Assembly (NCBI GenBank): GCA_025786725.1
Contig: JAHLTZ010000070.1
Location: 1-62,535, forward strand
Origin: Syncephalis fuscata S228
Lineage: Eukaryota; Fungi; Zoopagomycota
DNA: 62,535 bases
Direction of reading: 5' to 3'
Position 1 is the first letter of the stretch. Each line of letters begins with the position of its first letter. The translations under genes and the position numbers were made by a program. Positions 49,077 to 62,303 of this stretch are shown here, one piece after another. The notes beneath the pieces were generated by a model. It had not been told where the DNA came from and made no database searches. It was given only the letters and a program-made list of their open reading frames with translations.

Positions 49077-52000
49077 TTATGCTGTACACTTTTATTTTAT
49101 TAAATGTTGTTGTACATTGTTATACAGTATATTGGCCACACTCTATCGGTTGGCGTTGTCCATTCGACTCTAGCTTTATAGTTGAATTGGCCCTTCATTA
49201 CGCTTTTTCTGCTAATGACCATATTACACAGTCACAGTTGGGCATATTGATAAAGTTAACAGTAAATTAACGAATATATATACTGCAAATCCGATTGGTT
49301 CTGCGTACTCGCATGACAATTCTGGCTATAATAAACCAATAAAATAAAATGTCTAAATATTTATTGTTTTTATTTAGAATTGTATACGCATATCATAGCA
49401 ATATTGGTCAAATATTGGTGAAAATCGTTAAATATAAATATAAATTTGTTTATTTATCGCTATAATTTGTTTATTATGCTAGTTTGTCGATTGGTGTATA
49501 GTATACTGGCTGCTGGCTGCCAATCTGGCTTATTCTAGTGCAGTCATTGCAGTCATTGCAGTGTTTCAGCTAATGACCATCAGTATGGTCCTTGCAGGTC
49601 CTTACTCGTATATCAGCTGGCGTATTTTGTTTGTTTTACGCCGCGTATGCATCGATTGCATTGCCCGGGTTGTTTCTGGCTATTGAGCTATGTAGTGGTA
49701 CGCTTTATTCGTTCTATTTCACTCATATTGGCCTCAATCTACACAGCACGCCACTACATCACTTCCGTTTTTTGTACCACCTTCCTAATATGGAGTATTG
49801 CCGTGACTCGGTTTAACATTCAACTCCAGAGCCCGTAGTAATACAGCCACCCATTGGGCCATTTCCGGCTGACCTTGCCATTACTGTGGATACGCATTGT
49901 TTTGCTTGATCAACACCAAAGCCATTGCTAATTGACAATTGCCGGCTTGTCTAGCAGACGGTTACAATAATTCGATTTGTTAATAATTAGCCTGGTGCAA
50001 AAATAAACATGATTTTGGATAGAGGAAAGATGGGCGATTATAGAAAACATAAAAAGCGGTGTCAAAGCTACAGTGTGTATAGTGGAATGAGTGGAAGGAG
50101 CAAAGTATATTGCCGCGTATAAACAATAAAATGTGTCTAGTGTATCGTAGAATGATACATAGTAGTGTGGGACAGAATGGGAATGATATAGGTAAATGGT
50201 GGATATATGCATACTGGATAACGAATCTATGATGACGAGTATTTGATGACTGATGTCACTCACCACCCATCATCATGTTCAATAGATTGGGCGTTATTAA
50301 ATATTAGTCATTTGTCCCCAAAAAGCAATAAGTGTGATGATGTGACGATTAAATAAAACTCACCACTTGTCCCCATGTTCAATAGAGTGAATGTGCAGTG
50401 CAATTGCGCGAATGTTATTAAATTTAGTCATTTGACCCCCAAATCACACTACATGTAATAATGTAATGATTAAATAAACAATTATAAAAATATATATATT
50501 GTTATATACCATTATATGACGGTGTAAGACGGCGTAAGACGGTATAAGACGGCGTACCGCTGCGTACCGCTCCGTACCGCGGCGTACCGCTCCATAAGAC
50601 GGTGTAAGAAGGTATAAGACGGCGTAAGACGGCGTAAGGCGGTGTAAGGCGGTATAAGACGGTGTAAGACGGTGTAAGGCGGTATAAGACGGCGTACCGC
50701 TCCGTACCGCGGCGTACCGCTCCATAAGACGGTATAAGAAGGCGTAAGACGGCGTAAGACGGTATAAGACGGCGTAAGCGGTGTAAGACGGTATAAGACG
50801 GTATAAGACGGCGTACCGCTGCGTACCGCTCCATACCGCTCCATACCGCTCCGTACCGCTCCATAAGACGGTATAAGCCGGTGTAAGGCGGTGTAAGGCG
50901 GTATAAGAAAGTATATATCACTATATACCACTATATACCACTATATACCACTATATACCATTATATACCATATATATATACCATTATATATCACATTATA
51001 GCTTTTTTTAACTAAAATCGTTTATTGCTTAGTGTGATTTGGGGTCAAATGACTTTTTTTTGTAACATTCGCGTAGTTGAACTACATTTTCGTTCTATTG
51101 AACATGGGGACAAGTGGTGAGTTTGATTTAATCGTCGCATTATTACATTTATTGTGATTTGGTGGTTAAATGACTATTTTAATAACGCCCGATCTATTGA
51201 ACATGATGATGGGCGGTGAGTGACATCAGTCATCAAATGCTCATTATTGTAGCTTTATTATCCAGTATGCATATATCCACCATTTACTTGCATTATTCCA
51301 TTCTGTTTATGCTGTACACTTTTATTTTATTAAATGTTGTTGTACATTGTTATACAGTATATTGGCCACACTCTATCGGTTGGCGTTGTCCATTCGACTC
51401 TAGCTTTATAGTTGAATTGGCCCTTCATTACGCTTTTTCTGCTAATGACCATATTACACAGTCACAGTTGGCATATTGATAAAGTTAACAGTAAATTAAC
51501 GAATATATATACTGCAAATCCGATTGGTTCTGCGTACTCGCATGACAATTCTGGCTATAATAAACCAATAAAATAAAATGTCTAAATATTTATTGTTTTT
51601 ATTTAGAATTGTATACGCATATCATAGCAATATTGGTCAAATATTGGTGAAAATCGTTAAATATAAATATAAATTTGTTTATTTATCGCTATAATTTGTT
51701 TATTATGCTAGTTTGTCGATTGGTGTATAGTATACTGGCTGCTGGCTGCCAATCTGGCTTATTCTAGTGCAGTCATTGCAGTCATTGCAGTGATTTCAGC
51801 TAATGACCACTCAGTATGGTCCTTGCAGGTCCTTACTCGTATATCAGCTGGCGTATTTTGTTTGTTTTACGCCGCGTATGCATCGATTGCATTGCCCGGG
51901 TTGTTTCTGGCTATTGAGCTATGTAGTGGTACGCTTTATTCGTTCTATTTCACTCATATTGGCCTCAATCTACACAGCACGCCACTACATCACTTCCGTT

Positions 52001-53449
52001 TTTTGTACCACCTTCCTAATATGGAGTATTGCCGTGACTCGGTTTAACATTCAACTCCAGAGCCCGTAGTAATACAGCCACCCATTGGGCCATTTCCGGC
52101 TGACCTTGCCATTACTGTGGATACGCATTGTTTTGCTTGATCAACACCAAAGCCATTGCTAATTGACAATTGCCGGCTTGTCTAGCAGACGGTTACAATA
52201 ATTCGATTTGTTAATAATTAGCCTGGTGCAAAAATAAACATGATTTTGGATAGAGGAAAGATGGGCGATTATAGAAAACATAAAAAGCGGTGTCAAAGCT
52301 ACAGTGTGTATAGTGGAATGAGTGGAAGGAGCAAAGTATATTGCCGCGTATAAACAATAAAATGTGTCTAGTGTATCGTAGAATGATACATAGTAGTGTG
52401 GGACAGAATGGGAATGATATAGGTAAATGGTGGATATATGCATACTGGATAACGAATCTATGATGACGAGTATTTGATGACTGATGTCACTCACCACCCA
52501 TCATCATGTTCAATAGATTGGGCGTTATTAAATATTAGTCATTTGTCCCCAAAAAGCAATAAGTGTGATGATGTGACGATTAAATAAAACTCACCACTTG
52601 TCCCCATGTTCAATAGAGTGAATGTGCAGTGCAATTGCGCGAATGTTATCAAATATATTTATTTAATACCAGTCACATACATTGTCAATAAACTGTTTAG
52701 TATTAATTTAATAGCTGTGACATAAATAAGACAGTTAACTAAATAAACCATTGATACTACTCCTACATCAACCAATCTACATATGTCATAAGTAGCCATC
52801 TGATAAGTTTATACAATTTAGTCTAGTTTGGCTATTATAAGGCTGACACAGTATCACTAGTAGTTTACCATTTTTTTACATTTACGCTCAGACTTCTGGG
52901 TCTTTGCATTGTTTTCGTGCTTTCTTATCTTGCTTATGCTGTTTTTTAATGCACGCCGTTCTTTTTTTTGCGTTCATCACAAGACAGTATAGAAGAGATT
53001 GACAAAATCGATGGCCATCATCAACACATGCTTCAGCATTGATTGCTTGATCAAGTCATTATTCATATTAGCTATTAACACGTGTATATCTATGTTAACC
53101 ATTAATGTGGAATAGTTACGTAAGTATATGAATGATATTTTCTGATTGTTAAATACAAATAAAGCACGAGCATAGCTATAATGAGTAATTAAATTAAATT
53201 AAATGGAACCATGTTTTATTACTACAATTTTGCATAGTTGAGTAGGAACGGCCAATTGCAAGCTTGTTGATAATATGCTGATACCATTGATTAAATAGTG
53301 AATAAGCCGAAGCATTGGCTAAAACTTGATGTATAAATAGACTGGACGGCAGTTATCGAATGGCCTTGCTTTTTGCCGAATATATACCTAAAGTTTGTTG
53401 AACTAGCAATTTGATTAGATTACCAATGCTAATGCCTTGAAAGTGTTGG

Positions 53450-54755
53450 TTATTTTATGTTTATAAGCAGATATAACACATATCACATGATTAATATATA
53501 ATTGGTTAATATACAACGCCACTTACAACCTATTAACACGAGTTATTAGACACACACAGTGCGTGTCATACAATTAATATATATTTGGTTAATTAAAATT
53601 TTACTTACAGCCTATTATATAGGTCATTAGATGCACACAATGCATAGTATATGGTTAGTATATACCTAGCTAATATACAATACCACTTATGACCTATTAA
53701 TACAAGTTATTAAACACACAATGTATATGGTATACACTCAATATACAAATATTTAATATTCAATGCCACTTACGACCTATTCATATGAGTTATTAGACAC
53801 GCGATGTGTGTCATATGATTAACATATAGTTAGTTAAATTAATAAAAATCACTTACAAACTATTATATAGATTATTAGGCACACACGATGTGCGGTATAT
53901 GATTAGTATGTGGTTAGCTAATATGCAATGCCACTTACGAGCTATTATATAGGTCATTAGACACACACAATGCGCGGTATATGATTAGTATCTAGTTAAC
54001 TACTATCCAATGTCACTTACGTCCTATCAACACAAGTTATCAAACACACAACATATATAATATATGCTTAGTATATAGTTAGTTGATATACAATATTACT
54101 TACGACCTATTAATATGAGTTATTAGGCACACGGTACGTGTCATATGATTAATATATAGTTGGTTGATTAAAAAATTACTTACAAGCTATTATATAGGTC
54201 ATTAGACACAAGCGATGCGAGGCATATGATTAGTATATAGTTGGCTGATATAAAATGCCACTTACTAGCTAGCAAAGCCAATTTAGCAGCATAAACATTG
54301 TTTAGTTAACTAAAAACTAGTTAATGTTATTGCAATATACCTCCTATTAATATAGATTTGGTATATTAGCATTCTGAATGTGGCTTTTATTTATTGTTTT
54401 ATGTTAAACGTACTCTTAGCTAATAATTCTATATTTATTTATTTTAATTAATGAGCAATGGTTAGCCAAAACATCAATAATCATGTATGCTCAAAACTTA
54501 CGGGCTATTTACGTGTGTTATAGCATTCATTATGTGTATAACAACATATAGTGAGTACCAAAACAATGATCCATCATCACACTTACCACCTAGTACCATT
54601 GTTAGTTAAACATAATGTTAGTAAACATAACACTTGAATATTTATTGCGATTGCAACATACCACGACGGGCTAGAGTTGGATTAGCATCTACCATGGCTG
54701 TAGTGGCCACAAGAGCCATGATAATGGTGCAAACGACGGCAATAAAAAGCTTCAT
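53450..54755 (-). CDS. Microexon secreted-peptide gene, copy D (Cys/Arg-rich peptide; two splice sites non-canonical)
   Basis: Exon 1 is 54755-54662. 3-nt exons: GTG 54589, CCC 54504, GAG 54343, CTA 54268, CTT 54186, GTC 54106, GAC 54023, CTC 53941, TTT 53859, GTC 53776, GTC 53693 (donor ATAAGT), GCT 53611, GTT 53529. The terminal AATAA at 53454 is preceded by TAA instead of TAG. The join reads ...LARR-GARATCRPLCRRC*. Confidence 0.72.
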
Positions 54756-56699
54756 GTTGATATTAAATTGTTAAGGCAAACAAATAGAATGAACAAAGTT
54801 TGGTAGCAGTGAGTATTCGGTAGAAAATGGCGTGTGATGATGACAACACTTGTTAGTTTTGCGTACACTGTGGCCTATTTAAGTCCATGGTTATGCTAAT
54901 ATACCAGTATACTGCGTTGCATGGACTATACCATTAAAATGCAATATAAATCAATAGGAACACGTCCATATGGTGGTTGAAGCACGTGCATACCAGCACA
55001 CTGATGGTATGATAATTTGTAGTCAGGTCTTTATTCTAACCTGCTCAGCGCTGGCACGAATGATGTAGCAATATCATCATTTAATAAATGTATGATAGAG
55101 GTTTGCGTAAAAACTAGTACTGTGCTATTATGCAATTCGACCATGTGACGCTAATTAAATCTATTGGTTCTAAAAAAACAGGGATGATGTATCGTTGTGT
55201 CTTTGCTGTTGCTTTCAACGACAGCTTCAATCTTCGGTATTTTTATGTATCTAAAACAAACGTAAAGCATCAATACAGTAGCAACGCTATTGCATTAGGC
55301 CTTTGGTTCTTTACAGACATTTACTGTTGTGCATAAACTGATTATATTCTCTGAGCTATGAAAGTATATTGATTGGTTTGCATATGCGTTTAGCATTGTG
55401 GCTTGCCTACAGAAATGAATGGTTTATTTTTAGAAAAACATTATCAAATGCTGATGTAAGTTCTACTATTGATCAGGGATTATTTTTATTGCTTACTGCC
55501 TGTTAATCATATGCATTTTTGATAATGAATCATTACCTTCTATCACCAGTATCGTTTATTTCCCAGCACCAAAGCAACGTAAACTGACCAAATGGCATGT
55601 AGCTCTACATAAAGACATTGGGCTATGTCTATCAGGCTGCCTCAATCAGATACAATCAATGCTGAGTGTACAGCAGCAGTTCATGGTATGTCAATCAGTA
55701 CTCTCCTGTTGTGTAGATGATTCATACAGTAATGACTTGATTAAAATAACAGGTTTGCAATCTGAAGTCTGCGTTATGTGTTACACACCCAGGTCATGTT
55801 TTTACAGCCCCAATTTAATAAAAATAATAATTGAGCAGATTATAGCTATTTCAGCAATACTATTACTAGTCGTACCACTTTCCAGTCACTTTTCTGCTAT
55901 AGCTATGTATATTAAATATTATTTGCTGAGTAACATGGAAATAAGCAATATTCAATAAAATTCAGTTGTTTATTCACTGTCATATTGTATACAACCATAT
56001 TTACGATTAAAAACTTATAAAAAGTATTTATAATAAATAGCTGATCATTATACTTACTGCTTGTTATTGGTACAGCATGTATGCCTATTGCTTTGTATGT
56101 GTCTGCTTATAATTGTCTATTTGCTATTACAATGTATCTCATATATATTACTTGCTAATGTAACTTTAGTAGAATAACTTTTATCAACAAACATTAGCCC
56201 GATACACAGCATTATAATATATAGTCTATTCTTTACTTGCTTTAAATATTTTGAATAAACCGAGTATTTTTATCCATTATTTATTTTAAACAATCAAAGT
56301 TATAGCTATTATCAACTAATTCGCCCCTAATTAGCCATCAGTAATCAAAGTGCTAAATACTTTTAATAAACCAAAAGTTTACACATACCTCTAATATTTG
56401 TTCTACCGATATAGCTCAATGTTAAGTGCAATGACCAAGCTTTATAGTAATAGAGCTGGAACCAAACAGACAACAGCACTAGATATCACATAGCCAATAT
56501 GTAATAAAATAGTATACATTATAATGAGTATGCAATATTAAACGAGATTAGCAATGTTAAGTTATTGAGTATATATGCATGATCAATGAATGAATTAGTC
56601 ATTTACTAATAATAAAACTAGAACAAAAATAAAAATAGTTTTGAATAGAGGAAGGTTAGGCAATTATAAAATGATATATAAAATGATAAATGTACGGTG

Positions 56700-56978
56700 A
56701 AAAAGCATATAAAATGAAGTTAAAGCTATAGAGCATACAACGCAATAAATGGGCTGAGTGAAATGTGTTGGTGTGTATAATAAATAAAGTGTGTCTAGCC
56801 TATCATAGAATGGTATATGATGACATGAAATAGTATAAAGATGATATAGCTAAATAGAGTATATATGCATACTGAATAATAAATCTACAACAATGGGTAT
56901 TTTGATTATTAATGTCGCTCACTGCCTAGTTCTATGCTCAATAGAAATGATGTTGCCAAATCTAGTCGTTTGACCCCT
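56700..56978 (+). repeat. Diverged solo copy of the foldback-element arm
   Basis: GTGTCTAG..ATATGCATACTGAATA..ATGTCGCTCAC..ATGCTCAATAG..AGTCGTTTGACCCC. Confidence 0.7.
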
Positions 56979-57297
56979 AATAGCACTGAATAGTTAATAA
57001 AATGTTTTTTTTGCTATACTATAATATAAACACGCATTGTTACTTACTTTTTACAGTTTATCTATTCGCTATAGCTATAGCGTCCCAATCAATGTGAACA
57101 TTACTATAAAGCACCACTTGAACGCGTGGAGCTGCAATGGCCGCATGATTGGTGTGATTTAAGCACATGATTGCACAGCGTGACGCGGTATCAAAACGAC
57201 AAATGCACAGCCCGCAGATACATACGCAAGCATCTTTACTTCTTTACTTATTTCTTCTATTCTACTGTAGCTATACCACCAATATTGTTTGTAAACC

Positions 57298-58580
57298 ATG
57301 CGCCATAATTGGGTTCTACCTTCAATATGGGCAATTATCAATGCCAGTAACTATCTGGCTGTTGGTATAATGCCAACTTATTCACCAAACCATTGTCGTC
57401 TTTCGTTGACGTCTTCGTTGTGGCTTTCGGCAGAGTATGAGTCGCACTTTGAAATGAGCTCAACCAACGATTTCCTTCCATTTGCTGTATATAATCAAGA
57501 GCCAGAAGTTGGAGAGGAAGAGGCACTTGGTGTGCCAGGATTAGTATTTGATAGTGAACGTACTGGCGGTGGTGCCATGAGCGACTACACGGCATATGTA
57601 TCCTACAAAGACCAGCCAGGATTTATGAAATGCAGCTACCGAACCTTCTGCTACACTCGTGAAGTTCGTGCGCTAAAGGTAAATAGATAACATTATATTG
57701 CTGCTTACGACTTATTATTGCTATTATTATAAATCAATTTAGAAAGTTAATAAATTAAATCCCCAGCTGCCTGTAATACCTGAATGGCCAGGCTATTCCG
57801 ACCCAATGCCATTCAGTAGCTATGTCCCCAGTCTGCTGACCTATTTTCGCACTGGAGATGGGTTCGGATGTATTGTAATGTCATTGGCCAATGGTATTAC
57901 ACTTAAAGAATACACTAAAAGTCTTAGTTCGCTTCAAAAGGATGTAGAACTACGCGACGTAGTACGGCAATTGCTTATTAGTAAGTATCTAGTATAGTTG
58001 GTTGATACAATGTCTAACCGATAACTATAGGTCTTGCCTATTTACATCGCTCCGAGTGGGTGCATGGTGATCTTAAGCCAGACAGTAAGTAGGCTGTGCA
58101 GATAAGAATTAAAACTAAACTTGTACAATAGATGTTATGGTCCAAGTAACGCCACCAAGAACCGATGGCAAATCACGTGTTCAAGTAACACTGATCGACT
58201 TTAATCTCGCATTTCCAACCATCAACGGTACTAGTCCTCCAGCAGGTCACACCGTCGGCTATACACCACCAGAGTTTTATGGATCAAAACAAACCGTCTC
58301 ACACTCATTTGATAGTTGGTCATTAGGTGCAACGCTTTATGCGTTATTTACAGGCCATGCTCCGTATGAGATTGATTATGACGAAAAAGGAACCACTGGT
58401 GTATGGTCATTGGAAAAGCGGAAAGAATTTATGCGCAGCATGCTTAAGCATCAGCAGCATAGCTATCAACAGCTAAACTGCAGCGAAGAAGCTCGTGAAT
58501 TTATTGAAACTCTAATGGTAATTGACCCAGCAAAACGAGTTACAGTTGAAGAGATTATGTGGCATAAGTGGCTTAAATAA
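57298..58580 (+). CDS. Secreted Ser/Thr protein kinase, 4 exons
   Basis: Signal-like MRHNWVLPSIWAIINASNYLAVG; GGGAMS; GFMKC; REVRALK; GLAYLHRSEWVHGDLKPD|NV; IDFN; GHTVGYTPPE; DSWSLG; DPAKRVT. Confidence 0.88.
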
Positions 58581-58799
58581 CTCATGAACCAATGAAGCTT
58601 TAATGGTAGCAGGTGATATTCTATACAAATAATAAATTAGAAAGGCGTGTCATTTTATCCAATGCTTATTATTATGCTAGTATATTTGGACACAACGGCA
58701 AAATTGCATTACTATTTACAAATATCTGATAGCATAAAGTGAAGGCGGTGTTAAGTGGATTGATTGAATAAAAAAAACAAATTAACAAAAAGCTGTATT

Positions 58800-58935
58800 A
58801 TATATAGCCTAATAAATAAAATGAATAAAGTGTGTTTATTATATCGCATAATGATACATATTAGCGTGGGACAGAATGGGAATAATGTAAGTAAATGAAT
58901 GTGTAGGTCAATTACGCGAATGCTATTAAATTTAA
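58800..58935 (+). repeat. Truncated copy of the foldback-element arm
   Basis: AATGATACATA..GTGGGACAGAATGGGAAT..CGCGAATGCTATTAAATTT matches the 47900-48205 region. Confidence 0.65.
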
Positions 58936-59440
58936 GCATTTAATTTTAAATCGTATTAAATGGTTTAGTAATTTGTTTAATATTAACATAATAATAACAA
59001 CAGATATTACTATTGAAATAGATGGTGTGGCTATAGATGCATCGAATGTAGCTAGTTGTAGTTTATTGCTATTTGCAAAAGAATACATTTATTAAATTAA
59101 TAAATGAAATAAAGTATATGTAACAAGCTGAATAGCAACAGCTCCCTTGTCACGATAAATCAAGTGTTGGGATTATGACAGTATTAGTTACACCGCCTTC
59201 ATTGCACTTTTATAAATAGCATTAGTGTGTAGCCGATGATCGCTTAACTATTTTTTGAAATAAAAATCACACATTTAATATTTTAACACGATACGTTTAC
59301 TAATAAGTATCACGACTATAAAATAGCTTAACAATACACGCTTTATAATGAAATATTATCTTTATTCACAATTCCGTGTTTACGAATGTTACAGTATATA
59401 TAATAATATTGTAACGCGAATCAAGCAACTAACTAACGTA

Positions 59441-60722
59441 TTACATTGACTTATTTCTATCATATACAAGTCGTAGACGATCGTCTTTTGGCAGTGTATC
59501 ATCAGATGATGTGGATTGATTTATCGCATCGACAAACGGACAAACAGCAACCTTGACTGTTGCTTCAAACAGGCCCCGTACTAGGTCGCGTAGGCGGTGG
59601 CCTGTTTGTGCAAAATCAGGGAATGCATTGGCTTCGAGCAGCCATACATTGTGAGATTCATCGATAAGAAAATCAAATCCATAGAGTTCAAATGCATTTG
59701 GCATTGGCTGGAAGCCAATAGCATCCGATGATACTGCAGCAAAACATTCACCCAATACTGACGCACACTGGTGAATATCTGCTCTAATGTTGTAGCTTAA
59801 GGACCATGGTTTGTTAGATTCCAAAAGCGCGTACAGCTTGCGCTTCATCAAATGCCTCATTGTGCTGCTGAAGGCATGTATTTGTAAGATGTCCTTGCAG
59901 CGATTCTATACTAGTAATATCATAGTCAGTGCCGGCAAAAAGTGCCAGCATTTCGCGATATAAATAGACTTGCGTTCGTCCTACAGATAGTACATAAGCA
60001 CGTAGATGGAATTTCCGTGAATCATTTGGTAAAAGCAACGGTTGCGCAATATATCGTTGAATGACCCATTCTCTCAAGAGCCATGCACTGCCCTGCTCGC
60101 TATCCGCATCTTCGTTGGCATCTTCTGCTTCGCTATCGCTTTCTCCAAAAAGCTCCTCTATCATTGTTTCCATGCCTGATAACGAATCTAGTAAATAGAT
60201 GCCTACACCGCGTCCAGTCATTGAAGGCTTCATGATAAAGCGTTCAAGCTGCTTGGGATCATTACATGACAGATTATTACGAAATCCACGCTCAACTTCC
60301 CAACACTCATTTAGTGCTTCATCAAGATAGTCAGGATGATCCAGACGGAATATCCACGTCTCTGGCACATGCTGTTTTAGCAAGCTTTGGGGTCGCTTTG
60401 CGCAGTAATGCTGAAAGGCATTGGCCATTTGAATTTTACGAATTAAAGCTTTTCGTATGCAGTAGGAATTAATTAAGCTGCGTTCAGGATGCTTACTGGC
60501 TATATCCCAGTCAATCGATTCGTATTCGCGCCACTGTAAAACGGGTACAGTATTGCTACAAACGTAAGCATCTTTATTACGAGGTGGCCACTCCGAAACA
60601 ATAGTCAACGCGGGACATAATAGCGCTAATGTTTCTCGTACTAGTATATCCACATACGGATCATCAAGACGGACTACAGCCACCATAGACGAGTGAATAT
60701 CGATACAGCTGTGGGTGGCCAT
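59441..60722 (-). CDS. Tubulin-tyrosine-ligase-family ATP-grasp protein (Pby1-like); frameshift near 59800-59826
   Basis: LQWREYESIDW, NSYCIRKALIRK, FIMKPSMTGRGVGI, EWVIQRYI..PLLL..RKFHLRAYVL, HLTNTCLQ, FELYGFDFLID..WLLEANAFPDF. Confidence 0.88.
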
Positions 60723-62303
60723 GATAAAAAAACAACTTCTACGAAGCTTACGAGAAATAAAAAGTAAAGAATATGCTGAAAAAAAAATGTGTAATGTAAC
60801 AAATTTTCCTTCCACGCAATTTATTATTTCCTTATTTAGTAGTAATGTCGTGTATAACTAATAAAATAAAGTGAAGAAAATTCCGAGTTTTTTAAAAAAA
60901 TAAAAAGTGAAGGCCAATATTTTATTATAAGATATAACAATGTTACTACTCCACATACTCAATAAATTGTTAGTAAAGCTTAAGTATATTGATTACTAAA
61001 CATAGTAGTTCAAATCAATTGCTAATATTATCCATGATTTACACCACATTATTAACACCCATGATCAACACGCGACTAAACACCCGGTCCTACCGACTTC
61101 TAACAACAGCGTCAATCAATTACTACTCTTATCAACCATTCGAATCCTTTGTAAAAAACTTTCTAATTGTTATCAACCATTAAGAAAGCAACGAACAAAC
61201 AATAAATTCAAGTCTTTCTTAGCTATTGCTAAAGGTCATTTGTTGTAAAATATCGCTACTATTTTGCTATCTCAATTTTAAATTCACTTCATTGCTAAGT
61301 TTTGGACCTTTTCGTGCCATCCCAACCTATTAGTAATATTTAGGCTGGACTGGCACGTTTATTAGCTAGTTTTACACTAGCTATTCTATACTTTATTATA
61401 TTTTTAATAAGGAATTAATCATCTTTTATTAAGGACCTAAGGTAAGCATTTATAATACTAACAATCTTGTTTCATAGGTTATTAAGATGAGTGTAGTATT
61501 AGTTATCGATTTATTACTTTTCTTTCAATAAAATAGCAACAAAAAAAACAGCAACATTCTTTTTGAATTTAACATAGCATAGATATCTAAATTAAAATTT
61601 TTAAAAAATGTCTACTTGTTACGAAGATAATTACGCGTTTTTTATTATACAAATACTTTATCGTAATTATATTAATTTAATATCCGCAAAATTCATATTT
61701 GTTACGCAATTTATTAAATAACAGCAATATTATTGATCTAAGATGGTTTAGAAAGTGTAATTATTTAGTATCTCCATCCTATATGGACTTGACAATAGCA
61801 AATATATTGTATACTTTGTTATGTCAAGTATTTCTTTATTTAAATATCAAATAAATATTACGCTTGTATTACAATACAACATAGTATATGTACATATAAC
61901 ATAAATACATGCCAGCCGTGCAACTAACAGACTATATTATGCAATCACCATACTCATACCATTTACTCTATCTGCCATAGTAATACTGTTTTGCCTTTAA
62001 TTACATTGCTACAAGACAATGGTAATATTATTTATGTGTTATTAAAATTAAAATTATAAAATTATTTTACTTGATCCGTAGCTATTGCTATAAAAGCACT
62101 GATTATACATTAAATTTATTTTAAAATATAACAATTGAAAATGCATGCATTTCGGTATTTTAACGTAAGCCTTTTAGCTATTTATGTTATAGTTTAGTGT
62201 ATTGTCGAATAAAAACAAACATCAAATGACTAATAAAGCACTAATATATAATCCACACAATCAATTAGCTAGTACATTTTGTTCTTGAAATTATCATAGC
62301 ACT

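Larger units (their letters stand above)
47546..52649. repeat. Tandem array of ~2.23 kb units (about 2.3 copies)
   Basis: Near-identical sequence at offsets of 2224 and 2231 bp (ORFs at 47704, 49928 and 52159). Confidence 0.95.

Noticed and set aside
48260-50931. Repetitive ORFs (RLTPSYTVL...) in the ORF track
   Set aside because: They are by-products of the 10-bp minisatellite: open in several frames, with frames differing between tandem copies.
47704-52497. Repeated 112-aa ORF (47704, 49928, 52159) as a transposase or gene
   Set aside because: No recognisable motifs, a non-ATG start in the repeat arm, and the frame is not preserved in dispersed copies.
53521-54270. CRISPR-like reading of the regular ~82-bp array
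   Set aside because: The context is eukaryotic with no cas genes, the variable part is only 3 nt, and the conserved parts are splice signals.
60989-62270. Possible gene or element remnant upstream of the TTL gene
   Set aside because: Very AT-rich, and I could not identify a sustained frame or motif.
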